Shown: one piece after another, positions 11,763 through 24,463 of the stretch
How the letters are laid out: every line of letters starts with the position of its first letter
Position numbering within the stretch: position 1 is the stretch's first letter
Assembly: GCF_040938485.1 (NCBI RefSeq)
Contig: NW_027271580.1
Coordinates: forward strand, 372,001-436,000
Length of the DNA stretch: 64,000 bases
From: Diadema antillarum
Lineage: Eukaryota
Direction: 5' to 3'
Program-made: the position numbers and the translations under genes
Notes under the pieces: model-generated
What the model was told of the DNA's origin: nothing
Seen by the model: the letters and a program-made list of their open reading frames with translations, nothing else
The model's database searches: none

Positions 11763-14700
11763 ATGTTGCAGAGGAGTCTAGTCTGCTGTAGGAGCCTTCT
11801 GCTACAGGGAGCCAGTAAGGAGTCTGTGGTTTCCAGACCTCTACACAGATCAATTCCAGCCCTGTCTGCCTTGTCCTGTTTTGCCACTCCTAAGAGGCCT
11901 TCATCATGCAGGGCTCTCCACACCTGCCATGGCCGTTTTGATAAAGACAAACCGGTGAAGCCTGCACATGGTGTGAACTGGGATAACTTTGGCATCTGGA
12001 ACAATCGAATCGAGGAACCCATACTTCTGCAGCAGAGCATCAAACATGGAATTCCCATACCAAAGATATCCATCGAACGCATCGGTCAGGACTCGCTGAC
12101 CGGGCGGAGAGCGGTCAATGAGGACCGAATATGCATCAAGGAACTGCGGGCAAACTTGCTGTATGTAGCAGTCTTTGACGGACATGCTGGCTCCATGGCC
12201 GTAGACTTTGTACATCAACAACTCGAGCACCACCTAAATTTCTGGCTGGAGCGGGAACACAGTCTACAGGTTGTTCTTCACAATGCCTTCATAGACCTGA
12301 ACAACAAACTCACAAAATATCTACATCTGCACTATCCAGGTCAGGGAAACTCTTGTGTGTCTTTCTGCCAATACAGTACTACACATTGCTGAAATCAAAC
12401 TGTGATATGATATCATGATTAATGCTATCTCTCAATTGTCTTTCGGTATAAAGTTTTACAAGTTTATTGTGTATTCATCACTGCCTTCATGGGCTAATAC
12501 TCATATTTTGACATCTTTTTTTGCTCACATGATAGAAAATTTCACATATATGTTAAGCGAGAAATCGAATAAAGGAACGATACATTGTTATTTCTGCCAT
12601 TGTATTTACAAACTATTGAAAGAGAAAGAATATCCTGAGCTTTAGATCATGTGCATAACGATGAGTAACCTACACATACACCTACAATACACCAACAATT
12701 TGTGGGCTGGTTGATTCCATCTTCACAAAAGAGCATATATGTTTGGTTGTGTTTATGTATATCCATAACAGATAAGGACAGTGAAGTCCATAACTCAATC
12801 ACTGATGGTCAAAGAATAAGTGTGAATATCATGTCAAAGACTTCATATCTTTCATACCACCACTCAGAATTGACATCCATATATATATTGTATATGTGTG
12901 TGACTTAAATTTCTTTGCAATGGTGAAGTCTTATGTGGAATTCTTATTTGGTCAAAGATTCTGAGTGCTGTGACACTGATACAAACATACTTTCTTTATT
13001 CCCCAATTAGAGTCAGACTATGAACACACGGGATCCACAGCAACAGTCACGCTTATTCGCAATGGTAATGAACTGGTTGTGGGGAGCGTGGGTGACAGCC
13101 GTGCAATTCTGTGTCGCAATGGCAAGGCGATGAGGCTCATCAATGACCATGAGCCGGAGTTCAACTCCAAGGAGAAGGATAGGATCAAAGCGAGTGGAGG
13201 ACACATCAGGTGAGTTTTTTTCTTCTTTTTGTCCCCGCCGAACGAGTTCGAGCAGGGGACTATGAAACGGGCTCCGTACGTGTGTGTGTCTGTGTGTCCG
13301 TCCGTCCGTCCGTGCGTCCGTGTGTGATCAAAATGTTCAATTTGCTACTTCTCTGTCATTTATGAGCCAATTTTGATTCTGTTTGCTTTATATGATAGCA
13401 CTACATGGGAGCTTTGAAACTTCTGTACAGAATTTCAGTTGTGACCTTTGACCTTGACCTTTGACCTATATTGTACATTTTGCTTCAAAATGCTACTCCT
13501 TCGCCATTTCTAACCCGATTTTTATTCTGTTTGCTTTATATGATAGCACTACATGGGAGCTTTGAAACTTCTGCACAGAATTTTAGTTGTGACCTTTGAC
13601 CTTGACCTTTGACCTATATTGTACATTTTGCTTCAAAATGCTACTCCTTCGCCATTTCTAACCCGATTTTGATTCCGTTTGATTTATGTGATGGCACTAG
13701 GTGAGGGCTTCAAAACTTGTACACAGAATTTTGACCATTGACTTCTTTGACCTTTGACCTTGATTTTTGACCTATATTGTACATTGGCTACAAAATGCTA
13801 CTCCTTCGCCATTTCTAACCCGATTTTGATTCCGTTTGCTTTATGTGATGGCACTAGGTGAGGGCTTCAAAACTTCTACACAGAATTTTGACCTTTGACT
13901 TCTTTGACCTTTGATCTTGATTTTTGACCTATATTGTACATTTTGCTACAAAATGTTACTCCTTCGCCATTTGTAACCCAATTTCAATTCCGTTTGCTTT
14001 CAGTGATGGCACTAGGTGAGGGCTTCAAAAGTTCTACACAGAATTTTAACTTTTGACTTCTTTGACCTCTGACCTTGATTTTTTACCTGTATTGTACATT
14101 TTGCTACCAAATGCTACTCCTTCGCCATTTCTAACCTGATTTCGATTCCGTTTGCTTTATGTGATGGCACTAGGTGAGGGCTTCAAAACTTCTACACCAA
14201 ATGTTGACCTTTGACTTCTTTGACCTTTGACCTTGATTTTTTACCTATATTGTACATTGGCTACAAAATGCTACTCCTTCGCCATTTCTAACCCGATTTT
14301 GATTCCGTTTGCTTTATGTGATGGCACTAGGTGAGGGCTTCAAAACTTTTACACAGAATTTTGACCATTGACTTCTTTGACCTTTGACCTTGATCTTTTT
14401 ACCTATATTGTACATTTTGCTACTAAATGCTACTTCCGGCGGGGACATATATTACGCACCGCGTAATTTCTACTTTTCCTTGTTAATACTGAAGTGAAAA
14501 GGTAATGCAGCACAGGAATCATTCTGCAAAATATATATGGTGAGACCGTCAGGATGATTACATTGAGTGCTGGGAATCATCACGTTAAAGGGGAAAAAAC
14601 TAAAAAATGTATGGATTGAGGCAAGTCAGATCAGGTCAACCCTTTCCGCCCCCGGGCGTGTAGGGCAGCGACAGAGGCTCTCCACCCATCTCTGTAGCTG

Positions 14701-16621
14701 CTTATCCTCTGGAGAGAAGCCCAGGACTGTCTGTGGTCTGATATTTTACCCTCTAGGTACTGTTCTTCTCCATGGCTGCTTGGGTCTGCCACGTTTTCTT
14801 TTCCCTTCAAATGTCCATCGAAGAGCCACTCTAAGAATAGAATTTGAGTCCATTTGTGAGAATAAAAGTGTGGTTTGACTAGATGCAAAATACATGTATT
14901 ATAGAATACAATTTTACATCTCTGAACCGGACAACCCATTTCAAAGTTATGAAATTTTAAGTTTGTGGTACCACCATAGTCGGATAAGAAAACTACAACA
15001 TTTCATGTTCTCACAATGGGAGAGCAATTTGTGATGTCACAGTGGGACAGCAGTGTAAAGAAAGTACAAAGAGAAGTCAACATGTTTTTATTTGTGTAGC
15101 ATGATAAAAGAGCAGTTGGCATGCATCTTTTGAAGGCAGATGGAATAATATCACCCTCAACATATGTCAGCGTCATGTGCAACAAATGTGTACTTTTCAT
15201 GAAAATTTTACATTTTTATGGCATTTTCTTTATATACTGTATTTTCTTCACATAATTGTCCTACTCCTCAGCTGGAACAGTCTTGGAAAGCCCCTTGTCA
15301 ATGGCATCCTGACAATGACCCGCAGCTTTGGGGATGTGACACTGAAGCAGTATGGTGTGATTGCTGTCCCTGAGACAAGATCGCTGGAGGTATGTGCAGG
15401 GTCTACTGTATAAGCTGTTATTTTCGCGAGGGTTTAATTTTCGAGAATTTCGCGAATCACTGTTGAACCGCAAATTTAACAACATGCAAAAATGTCGCCA
15501 TGCGCTAGGGTAATAGTACACATATGATAGCCGCGATTTCACAATTCGCGAATACATCTCGTGAAAATGTCCAAGACCACCTTATTCGCAAAAAATATCT
15601 GTACGTGAAAATAAAAGCTGATACAGTATTTGTTCAAGGTCACAAACTCAGTCATCACTAACCTGAACCAGTATGCTGCTACTAGGTAGAATGATTGTAA
15701 AATTAGAAACATCTACATCCAGCAAATGATTCGTTTGTGTGTGTGTGTTTTTTTTACCAACATGTTAGATATATGGTTTTCTTTTTCACTATGCTTTGTC
15801 CCTGATTGTCAAGCATGCAGTTCTTTCTTTGCTCAGATGCACAGATGTCTGGGAACTTATGGTCAGTGAATAGAGATTACCTAATCCCCCTAATCCTTAT
15901 TGTGTCACCATGGCCTTCCTGTTGGCCTAAGGTACTTTGCTACACCTGAGCTGGGCTTGCTTAATTTACAACTAGGTCAAATTTGGATGGATTACTGAAT
16001 GCTATTTGATTGCAAATGAAAAAGCTGGCAAGTTAAGCTACGTGCCTGGGCATACAAAGGGTTTCAGTAAACTTCTTGTCAGAAACAAGGTTTCTTTTTT
16101 TGTTGGTCATTTTGCCTCTATTTTAGGGCTAATTCTTTCTAATAACAAGTATCAAACAATCCTCTTATAAATTGTATCTTTGTACATCTTTACAGGAAGG
16201 GCAGTGGGAATGGTGGGGGGGGGGGGGGGGACAGTTTACCGTATATCCAAGGTTTCACTTGCACTCTGCATGCTTTGCTACTACACATGGATCCTTGTTT
16301 GTTAGTACATCAGTTTGTGTATTTGTTTGGAGTTTGTTTATTTTTTTTCACTTGCTCAAACAGATCAAGCATGGGCGGGATAGCTTCCTGGCGCTCTGCA
16401 CCGATGGTGTCCACTTTGTCATGAGTGACCAGGAGCTATGCGACTCCATCAACCTCTGCCACAACCCCCAGGAGGCGGCCAGCTTCATCGCCGACCAGGC
16501 CCTACAGTTTGGCAGCGATGACAACGCCAGCGTGGTGGTGGTGCCGCTGGCCCAGTGGGGGCGCAATAATGGTCCCAGCCTGGTCCACAGCCTACGCTGG
16601 CAGGGTCGGCAAAGGGCATGA
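11763..16621 (+). CDS. PPM1K: Protein phosphatase 1K, mitochondrial (PP2Cm, BCKDH phosphatase), 383 aa
   Basis: Exons 11763-12339, 13011-13209, 15272-15389 and 16364-16621 total 1152 nt with phases 1/2/0 consistent and all junctions GT-AG. N-terminal basic Ser/Leu-rich mitochondrial-type presequence, then [29 protein letters not shown] (PPM1K signature), [38 protein letters not shown] and GSDDN. The metal-binding Asp residues are intact. Confidence 0.97.
13231..14473 (+). mobile_element. Helentron-associated non-autonomous element (HINE; Pearl/Tsp/DINE-1-like) with a 7-unit tandem array, in the PPM1K intron following the 13011-13209 exon
   Basis: 5' subTIR GTCCCCGCCG (13231) with a nearby IR GGGGAC (13255-60). 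(GTCC)n microsatellite. Tandem units start at 13348, 13496, 13644, 13801, 13959, 14117 and 14274 (148, 148, then 157-159 bp). 3' subTIR CGGCGGGGAC (14437-46), stem-loop ATTACGC-ACC-GCGTAAT (14451-67), T-rich flanks. Confidence 0.85.
14622..14838 (-). mobile_element. 5'-truncated RTE-clade LINE 3' end (frameshifted)
   Basis: Minus-strand translation [26 protein letters not shown] / ..[27 protein letters not shown] matches the characteristic RTE ORF C-terminus (W.PEGKR.RGRP..TWRR..W....A.DR..WR..V.AL). Confidence 0.8.
15404..15628. mobile_element. MITE with TACTGTA..TACAGTA ends (TA-target type)
   Basis: Imperfect TIR TACTGTATAAGCTGTTATTTTCGCG / CGTGAAAATAAAAGCTGATACAGTA, with internal TTCGCGAA motifs. 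Confidence 0.75.
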
Positions 16622-19600
16622 CATACAAGTATATCCTGCACGACACAGTGTTTGTGAAGTGCCAAGGCAGGACTTTGACTGAGACTATGCATTCTCATGA
16701 AAGCTGGCCTCACTGTTACCTTTTCCAGGAAACATCACATCACATGATTCATGCAGACACCGCGGCATGGTAAACTCACTTCACTTGAGAAGGAAGAAAT
16801 TTTCTAGAAAATAATATATGAAACACACAAATTTTCATTAACTCGTTAGGGATGGTTTGAGTTTGCTACAACATGCATTTCCCATAGACGCTTGCCCGAG
16901 TATACTTGGGACTCGTCCTCAATGGGTTAACACGTCTGCTTGCTGAATACAATGCACTCCCATTATAACGAACACAGTTGTAATGAAAATATCATTACAA
17001 TAAAGTAAAAATTCAGGTCCCAAATCTATGTACTAATACTTTATGATTTGGCCATAATTGAATTTTGATATAATGAAAGAAATTACCAGTTGCAAGGACT
17101 ATGATACTTATAACCTGAGTTGCCTGAAGCAATGCAATACAATGTATATTCAATCTGAAGTGACTTGGCCTGTGGTGAAACCTTGATGTTTTAATGTGGA
17201 CTAGTAAACTACAAAAATAGAATGGTGTTGAGAAGCAAATGACGAATTAGAATCTTTTTCTTATGGTGTCGTGGAGATCAACCCCGAACCAGTTGCTTAC
17301 TACAGCTTCAAATGATAACACTCTGTAAGCTATCCATATGCCATATGCCATCTCCAGATAAGATTTGGCGGAAATAGAGGGAGCATGTAAAATATCGTTT
17401 CCACCTTCTAACCCCATGCTTGCCTCAAAGAGACCTTCCCTTTGTGTCCCATGAACATGAAACATGTGGAGCGAACAGGGGAGCTCTTTCATTGTTTCCA
17501 ATTCTATTTGCGGTAGACCTCACAAGCACTACGAACAGCAGTTCATTGCACATGTTTGAACTTCCTGCTAGCCATTGTTTGACATTAATCATTGTATGCC
17601 ATCTTGTTTCAAATGAGAACGATGCAAGCATGGCATTCCTCAAATGCATATAGCGTGTAACCCAGGTGCAAACAAAGTAACTGAATGAATACTCTACCCC
17701 ATGTTCAGGCCAAATGCATTGATAAAGGGTTAACTCACGTAAAAGAACAGTAACAGAAAAATCAGACAAAGAAAATGGAAGTAGTGGAATTGAGAATATT
17801 TTGTTTTTTTTAAGTGATGTTGGTCTAAATGAAATAAGCAAATTACATGAGGTGTTTTTCTCTAATCTGTTTGTTTATTTTACTCGTTTTATAGACAGTC
17901 TCTTGGAACAGGGTGCAGTGTATTGATCAGTAAAGTAATGCTGCATGAAGTTTTTATTGATACAATTTTTCATAATGTTGTTTTTTGCTTGCCAGCTTTC
18001 ATAAGAACAATTCAGAATTTAGTCTTGTGGTGTTTTCTGAATGCTTAGAGATTCACAAGGGTAAGTTGCCTTGTAGAATGACACCTTTAGATTATCCTGC
18101 CGTGGAGCTCCAGTTTATGTGAATATGCATGATTTTTTTTTGTTTTTTTTTGTGAGTGTGTGCTACACTTCAATTCATATTGAGAGGGATGCACTGAACG
18201 ATTGATCTTTGTTTCGATTCGGCGAAACGAACTCCACTCTTGCTTCATTTCTCTGTTTTGAGAAATTAAGATTCATTTGTATTTTAGATTTTTCTTAAAG
18301 GTGACTACCTCAGACAGTGCAAAATTAGACTGAAATTTGATGTTTACTATATTAGTATAAGTTATGACATCTTGAATATCAGTCAGTAATACGTAATTAC
18401 CAAATGTGGCATCTCATGAAAACGTCAAAATTGCCCTCCCTCTTGGATTACTCTGGCATGATATAAAATGAACAAGTACTAGGTGTTACAAAAAGCATTT
18501 CACACTTTTGAAAACTATACATCAGGTAACACTGTCAGCAATATGAGTACTAGCTGAAAAGTGTACAATTTAGTTGAAGGTGATTTAAATATGAGAGCAC
18601 CACTTTTTCAGAACTCTGTAGTCTAGGCTTCTGGTCTCTTGCTCCAAGGCACATGAATGCTGTGTTAATAATTCATAACTAATTGCCTTGGGCACTGCTA
18701 GTCTGAATTTGTGGGAATGGGTAAAATGCATGCACGTGAAAAAAGTAAGCACTTGTTTTCTGTGCTTGCATACACTTCATTTCAGGATGAATAAAGACTA
18801 GCTGTGATAGTGGAAGTTCTCATGAATATGTAATAGAGCATTCAAACCCTGGTCATTGTTCAGGACCATTGTCTGTTGACACCAATTGACCCCTGTGCAA
18901 AATTAAAGTTTTGTACAGAGCCTAGAGGGTTGAAGATACATGTATAGCAAAGTCTGAAACCTAACTTAAAAATAAATGTTGAATTTAATGAAACTGATTT
19001 ATGCTTTCATTTTTAAATTAACTCCATCAAAATTGTGCACTATTCAGCTATTGCTCATATCAATGTCAGTGTTATCTGATACGTGTATGTAGTTTTTGAA
19101 CTATCAAGGATCAAAAGTGGGAAATGTGTTTTGCAACACCTAGTATGAGCCAGTTCACAGGTCCACTTTGTGCATGATCAGAACAACGGGAGGAAAAAGA
19201 AGACAAGGTCATTTGTACAATCAGGCATGTTGGTATTTAAATTCACTGAGATAAGCATCCGTGATTATACCTATTCCTGTAATCCTTATAAATGATGCTT
19301 TCTGGCACATCCACCTGGCAGCAATCCTGCTATTTGGCAATATTGATAGAAAGGGGTTTGTAATGCATTCAGTACAAAACAATGAAATGGATGCCTGCTT
19401 AAGTGTAAATTGACGGACCATTCTGGTCACCTGGTTTATACACAAGCTTATTCTTTGTTTGAACATGAAATACATGAATTTTTACGTCGGGCAAGCTTAT
19501 GTAGATATTATGCCACTTTGAAAACGAGCGAAATGCCTAACCAACTGAGAAAAAAAGAAAGGTCATTTGTACCAATGTGCACATGAGCTAATTGTGAACT

Positions 19601-20300
19601 GGCTTATTGTTGTGTACTAAAGAACAAACTCACACAATGAAAATATGTTTTATGAAAGGGTGTGAGTGATCTGTGCCTCCCTTTTCAGAGGTCATTGGAT
19701 GATATAGCATCACAGTTTATTTGTAGCAGATTTTGGAATAAGGCAATTACTTTGCGACACTGTTGCATTATGAAATATGTTGTGGGCTCAGTGTTATCAT
19801 GTCTTTCGAGCTTCATATCAAGTAGGATTTTTCATGTATTGCTGACTATGAAATGACCTTTACTTTTTTATGAGCACCCGATATTGGCCAAATTTTTGCC
19901 CACCTGTCTCATTGTCACTGCAGTTCACAAAATTTGAGTCTCTCTGTAGGGTGCACTTTCCTTTGAACGTGAGGAAATTGTGAATGTTGATTCTTTGGAG
20001 ACACTCTGAACAGAAATATTCATTAGTTTATTTGTTCATTGCATGAATCACAGACGTTTTATCTAACAACTGCCAGTTATGCATATCGAAAGTATCAACG
20101 GGTTGGAGACGTGACAAGAAATGTACACAGCGTACTGGTGATTACAACTCACCGAGTACACTGTGTATGCATGTTACTATTATAACGATGTAGCGTTGGC
20201 TGTAGCCATCTTTTGTTGCTGTTGTTTCTTTTTTGATATATTGCCTTGCATCAAGGTCTATACAATCTATTCTTTAATGCCACACGGGCTCATGTAGGCT

Positions 20301-20412
20301 TATCATTGGTTTGTTTGTTTGTTTGTTTTTGGTCTATCTAATATCTGGTGTATATGTATATCATTGATTTGTTTGTTTGTTTGTTTGTTTTTGGTCTATT
20401 TAATATCCGGTG
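20301..20412. repeat. ~58-bp tandem duplication containing (TTTG)n
   Basis: TATCATTG(G/A)TTTGTTTG..TTTTGGTCTAT(C/T)TAATAT(C)TGGTG occurs twice. Confidence 0.7.
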
Positions 20413-22954
20413 CTGGAGAGTGCGTCCATTTGAGCTACGCTCACGAACACAAGTGATTGTGGGTGATAATTAGATATTACCCAGTCACTCACAAATATTT
20501 CGATTGTTCCAATGTATAGTTTTAAGGAACCGACATCCTAGATGTTGCAATTTTACCCCTTTACGCGCGAATGATCATTAAGGAGATACCGAGTATATGT
20601 GAACCCGAAGTTAGAATCAACAAATGTTATCGTGTGTGCCATGCAAATGCGGTCAGCTTTACCACATTATTGTAATATCTTTTTTTGTGGTATTTTTCTG
20701 CAGATTTATGCAGGATGTAAACAAAGTGTGAACTCCCTCTACGTAAAGTTATCCACCTTATTCTGTCTTGACAGATATAATGGAACATGAGATTTGGAAG
20801 AACAAAGATGTGTGCGAGGTCTTAATGTCTTTGATGTACTTTACGAAGAATCATAAGACAATTTTTCATTTCAGGAAAAGTCCAGTCCTTGACAAAAGAA
20901 GCCCCCAAAAGAACAAAAACTAACATGGATTACTATTGATGACGAGTTTGACTTCGTAATCATGTGACAGCAATAGATTATGACATAATGCTCTCTGACG
21001 CTACGTATGACTTTCGAAAAAATTCTTAGTACATACAGTACAACGCAGTGTGCTATGGGTCATAACAGCGCTGCAGCTATCAAGCTGTGTTCTGCTTAAA
21101 TTCCTAAAGGTCAGATATGTACTGTATGAAGTTCTGATAAAAGTGAAAGCGGAAGTTTGAAAAAACACCACAATACGAGTATATCGTTTGAGTGATTTCG
21201 CTCGAGCTGTTCACTTAGCTGTGCGTTTGATATTTTTAATAAAAACTTGAGAATTTGACTTTGGTCTGTAATGGTTTTCCAAAACAGTACTCATCTCACA
21301 ATGTCACATTATACGCACTTTTTTCTATCTCTCTCTCTTCTTCTCTCTCAATTTCCCCCCTTACCTTCCCTAGTCTTTTGTATCTATCTGCTCTATGTCA
21401 TTATTTTACAAACACTTGTTAAGTCCATTGTGCTTTTAATAGAGTAAGAGTGTTCGGGACGATTGATTTTTTTTCAATGCCAAGTTTCTTCGATATCAAC
21501 ACAACGTGGTGGAGCCCAAAATAACGATCAAAATGAATGCTAGGTACGTATGTATTTTTGTGCCATTCTTCATGCGAATGTCTCTGAAATAAAATGATCA
21601 AAAGTGTTACATTACTTTTACATCAGTTGTAAAGATTGTCAAATCACTTGTGAACAAAACGCATACACTGTACGTTGTACAATGCATACTGTGCGTTCAG
21701 AATACATTGTGTGTTCGAATTGTCTAAGCCATTGTAAGCTCAATAATCGTCTTAACGCCTTTGAATTTGGGAAACACAATCAGATCAAATAATCAAATAT
21801 TCAAAGAAATGAGCCTCATGGGAAAGCCAGAGGTAGGGAATTAAAGAGGAATGGATTGGGGTCTTACACTGACGGAGTCTTCATTACTCCACATCACATA
21901 CACATACATGACAAAAAGAGAGCAGAGATGTTCTTTGGAGAAAATAGCTTTATTTCAGTTAAATCCATAACTAAATTATTTCATACGACACTCCTCACAA
22001 GATAACTTCCGTTTGCTATATTTTCTTGAGTACTTTTATAGTATGAGCTGGAAATTGTTTTACTTGGAAAAGTAAAGCTAAGGAGAAGTTGTTAATACGG
22101 GGAAAATACACAAACTACAATGCTGTGCACAACATTAGAGAAAATGATAGAATAGCACATACCAAGCCATAGTTTCGTTCTGCCATCGTGATCATTCTAA
22201 GAATATCATTCGAAGTAAAGCTTCATGGACCACACACAAAGAAAAATGCTAAGTAAATAACAGTCATTTACCTGAGAGTTTAGGGTTGTTTTTTTTCTCC
22301 TTCTTTTGCGTGGTACTGTTTGCACTCGGCAGCTGTCTTGTTAAAAATAGAATTGTATGCCCACTGTCTTGGACAAAGGAATGGAATGTCTCGATACGGA
22401 TTGTTTTTTTTTTCCTTCATTAATGCACACACCAGTCCCATAAGGTGTTGTTTTAAATCTGTAGATGTTTGCATCAAAATGCTCGCCATAAGGCCTGGAA
22501 AAATGTTTTGTCGCACTTTGATCCTGTGCGGGAGCCGCGAGTTTCTGTCAAATAATAGATATGGCCCTCTCGGCAAGCAACCATTCACGCTGAAATTACA
22601 AGGTACTGTATTCCATGTGCACAATAGAGTAACATACAACAGGTGATGTTATAGCATTCATTGCCATGGAAACTGGTTGTAAACAACCTCACCTGACCCG
22701 AACATCTGTGACCACTATTGTTGCCAACAATACTCGCACCTGGCTCTAACCCAAGCTATTTGGGTATAACAAAAGACTCATGACATCATCACTTCGATAT
22801 GCTCTATGTTTGCAACGTATCAACTGGATAGTCAATATATTGATTACTTTTGACTTGCGTCCCAAATTGATGAAAAGCAAAATGAAATGTGATAGTGATG
22901 TACATTGTTGATGGGAGTAAAAATCCCAGTGTCCTGATTTGTTATTATCGTTAA

Positions 22955-23341
22955 AGGGATCATATAATTTTGGTTGAGATGGAGATTCAGGTTTTAACTG
23001 TTTGTGAGATAATTAGAAACCACCTATATGAAATATTAAAGAGCATACAATTCTTATTTAAAGAGGACTTCAAAATTTACTTGATGAAAATTGGTTTTGA
23101 AATGACTGAAATATCAAAAAACAAAGTAAAGCAAAGTGATCTTAATAAAAGGTGAGTCCCCCCTTTTATAGATCACTTTGTTTTTTGATATCTCTGCTAT
23201 TTGAAAACCTAATTTTCATAAAATAAAATTGAACTTCCTCTCAGAATGTACGCTCTTCAATATTCCATATAAGTGGTTTCTAATTATCTCACACACAGTT
23301 AAAACCTGAATCCCCATCTCAACCAAAACTATACCACCCCT
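22955..23341. mobile_element. Kolobok-type foldback MITE (TTAA TSD)
   Basis: TTAA|AGGG...CCCT|TTAA (TSD at 22951-54 and 23342-45). About 190-bp inverted arms (TTTTGGTTGAGATGG.GATTCAGGTTTTAACTGT.TGTGAGATAATTAGAAACCAC). Confidence 0.85.
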
Positions 23342-23362
23342 TTAACAATGTCGACAGAACTG

Positions 23363-23497
23363 GGGGGCATTTCATCAATGAGTTCGTCGGAGTTTTCACC
23401 GACAAATTTGCTATCAGCCAATCAGACGCAAGGATTTCATTAGCTTTTAACAGTTGTCAGTGTAAATTACCGACAAAAAGTTTCATGAAACGGTCCC
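23363..23497. mobile_element. Small PIF/Harbinger-type MITE (CTG TSD)
   Basis: GGGGGCATTTCATCAA / TTTCATGAAACGGTCCC termini, 3-bp CTG on both sides, internal AGCCAATCAG. Confidence 0.65.
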
Positions 23498-23787
23498 CTG
23501 GTCACCACTGATCACATGATCCCAGTGAGGAATGATAATGTATCTTGGTCATTAGACAGTCACCTGCTCTCTTTGCTGTCTTTGCTCCCCCCCCCCCCCC
23601 CCCCCCCCCCCCCCCATGATTGTGTCCGTCTTCTCTTTATTTCCCTTTTTTTCTGTAAGAGGGACGGGGTGGAGATGTCCTTCGAAAATGGAGGTTCACA
23701 GATACCTTGTGGGTGCGACCACGGAGCTACATGGTGCGACATAAGCGACAGTCATGACAGGCGAGTTGGACAATAAGCGCTACACAC

Positions 23788-24463
23788 CAAAGAGAATAGA
23801 TGCTACACTAAGAGGGTATACTCTCGCGATTTCGCGTAGTACGCTCATGGGCGAAAAACTGACGCCATTAGCTGAATGACCGATAGAGGGCGTATTTTAC
23901 GTGATCACAACCCAGATTTTATAGTAGTGATGTTTGTCTGCCTTTCATTTTCCCCCTTTTTAGGGGGTATACAGGGGAAAAGATGTAATTAGGACTTCGT
24001 TCTGTCATACGGAAGTATCATTCCTGTCTAACCATAAAATGCAATTGAAGAAATGTCATTCATTTTCCAATATGCAGTCCCACAAAGTTTGAGCTAAAGT
24101 AGCCCGAGCGAGAAAGAGATAGGCGGCGTTTGTCAGCTCAAATACAATCTTTGAAGGACTACAGATTGAAAAGCGATGAAATTTCTTCAAATTCTATTTA
24201 ACGTATCGACAGAAAATATACTTCTGCTGATATTTTGAGGCCTGAAACATATTTCTACCTCTGTGTTTTTCCTTAAAATGAAGAAAATGAAATAAAGGTA
24301 GGGTTTTCTCCAAAGGCTCACGTGTTAAGAAACTCGCGGTTTGTTACTAAAATGGCCGCCGTTGGGCTCCATGCGGGGCGCGCGGGGCTCCATGGCGTAC
24401 TACACCCGTTTGCGTGCGAAATCGCGAGAGTATACCCTCTTAGCGTAGCTTCTATACTCTTTG
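23788..24463. mobile_element. Non-autonomous P-element-like DNA transposon (676 bp), 8-bp TSD
   Basis: About 49-bp TIR CAAAGAGAATAGATGCTACACTAAGAGGGTATACTCTCGCGATTTCGC with 3 mismatches to the right end. TSD CTACACAC (23780-87, 24464-71). CA..TG termini. Confidence 0.8.

Noticed and set aside
13348-14433. Regular repeat array considered as CRISPR-like
   Set aside because: The units are contiguous 148-158-bp tandem copies without unique spacers, sit in a eukaryotic intron, and have HINE termini.
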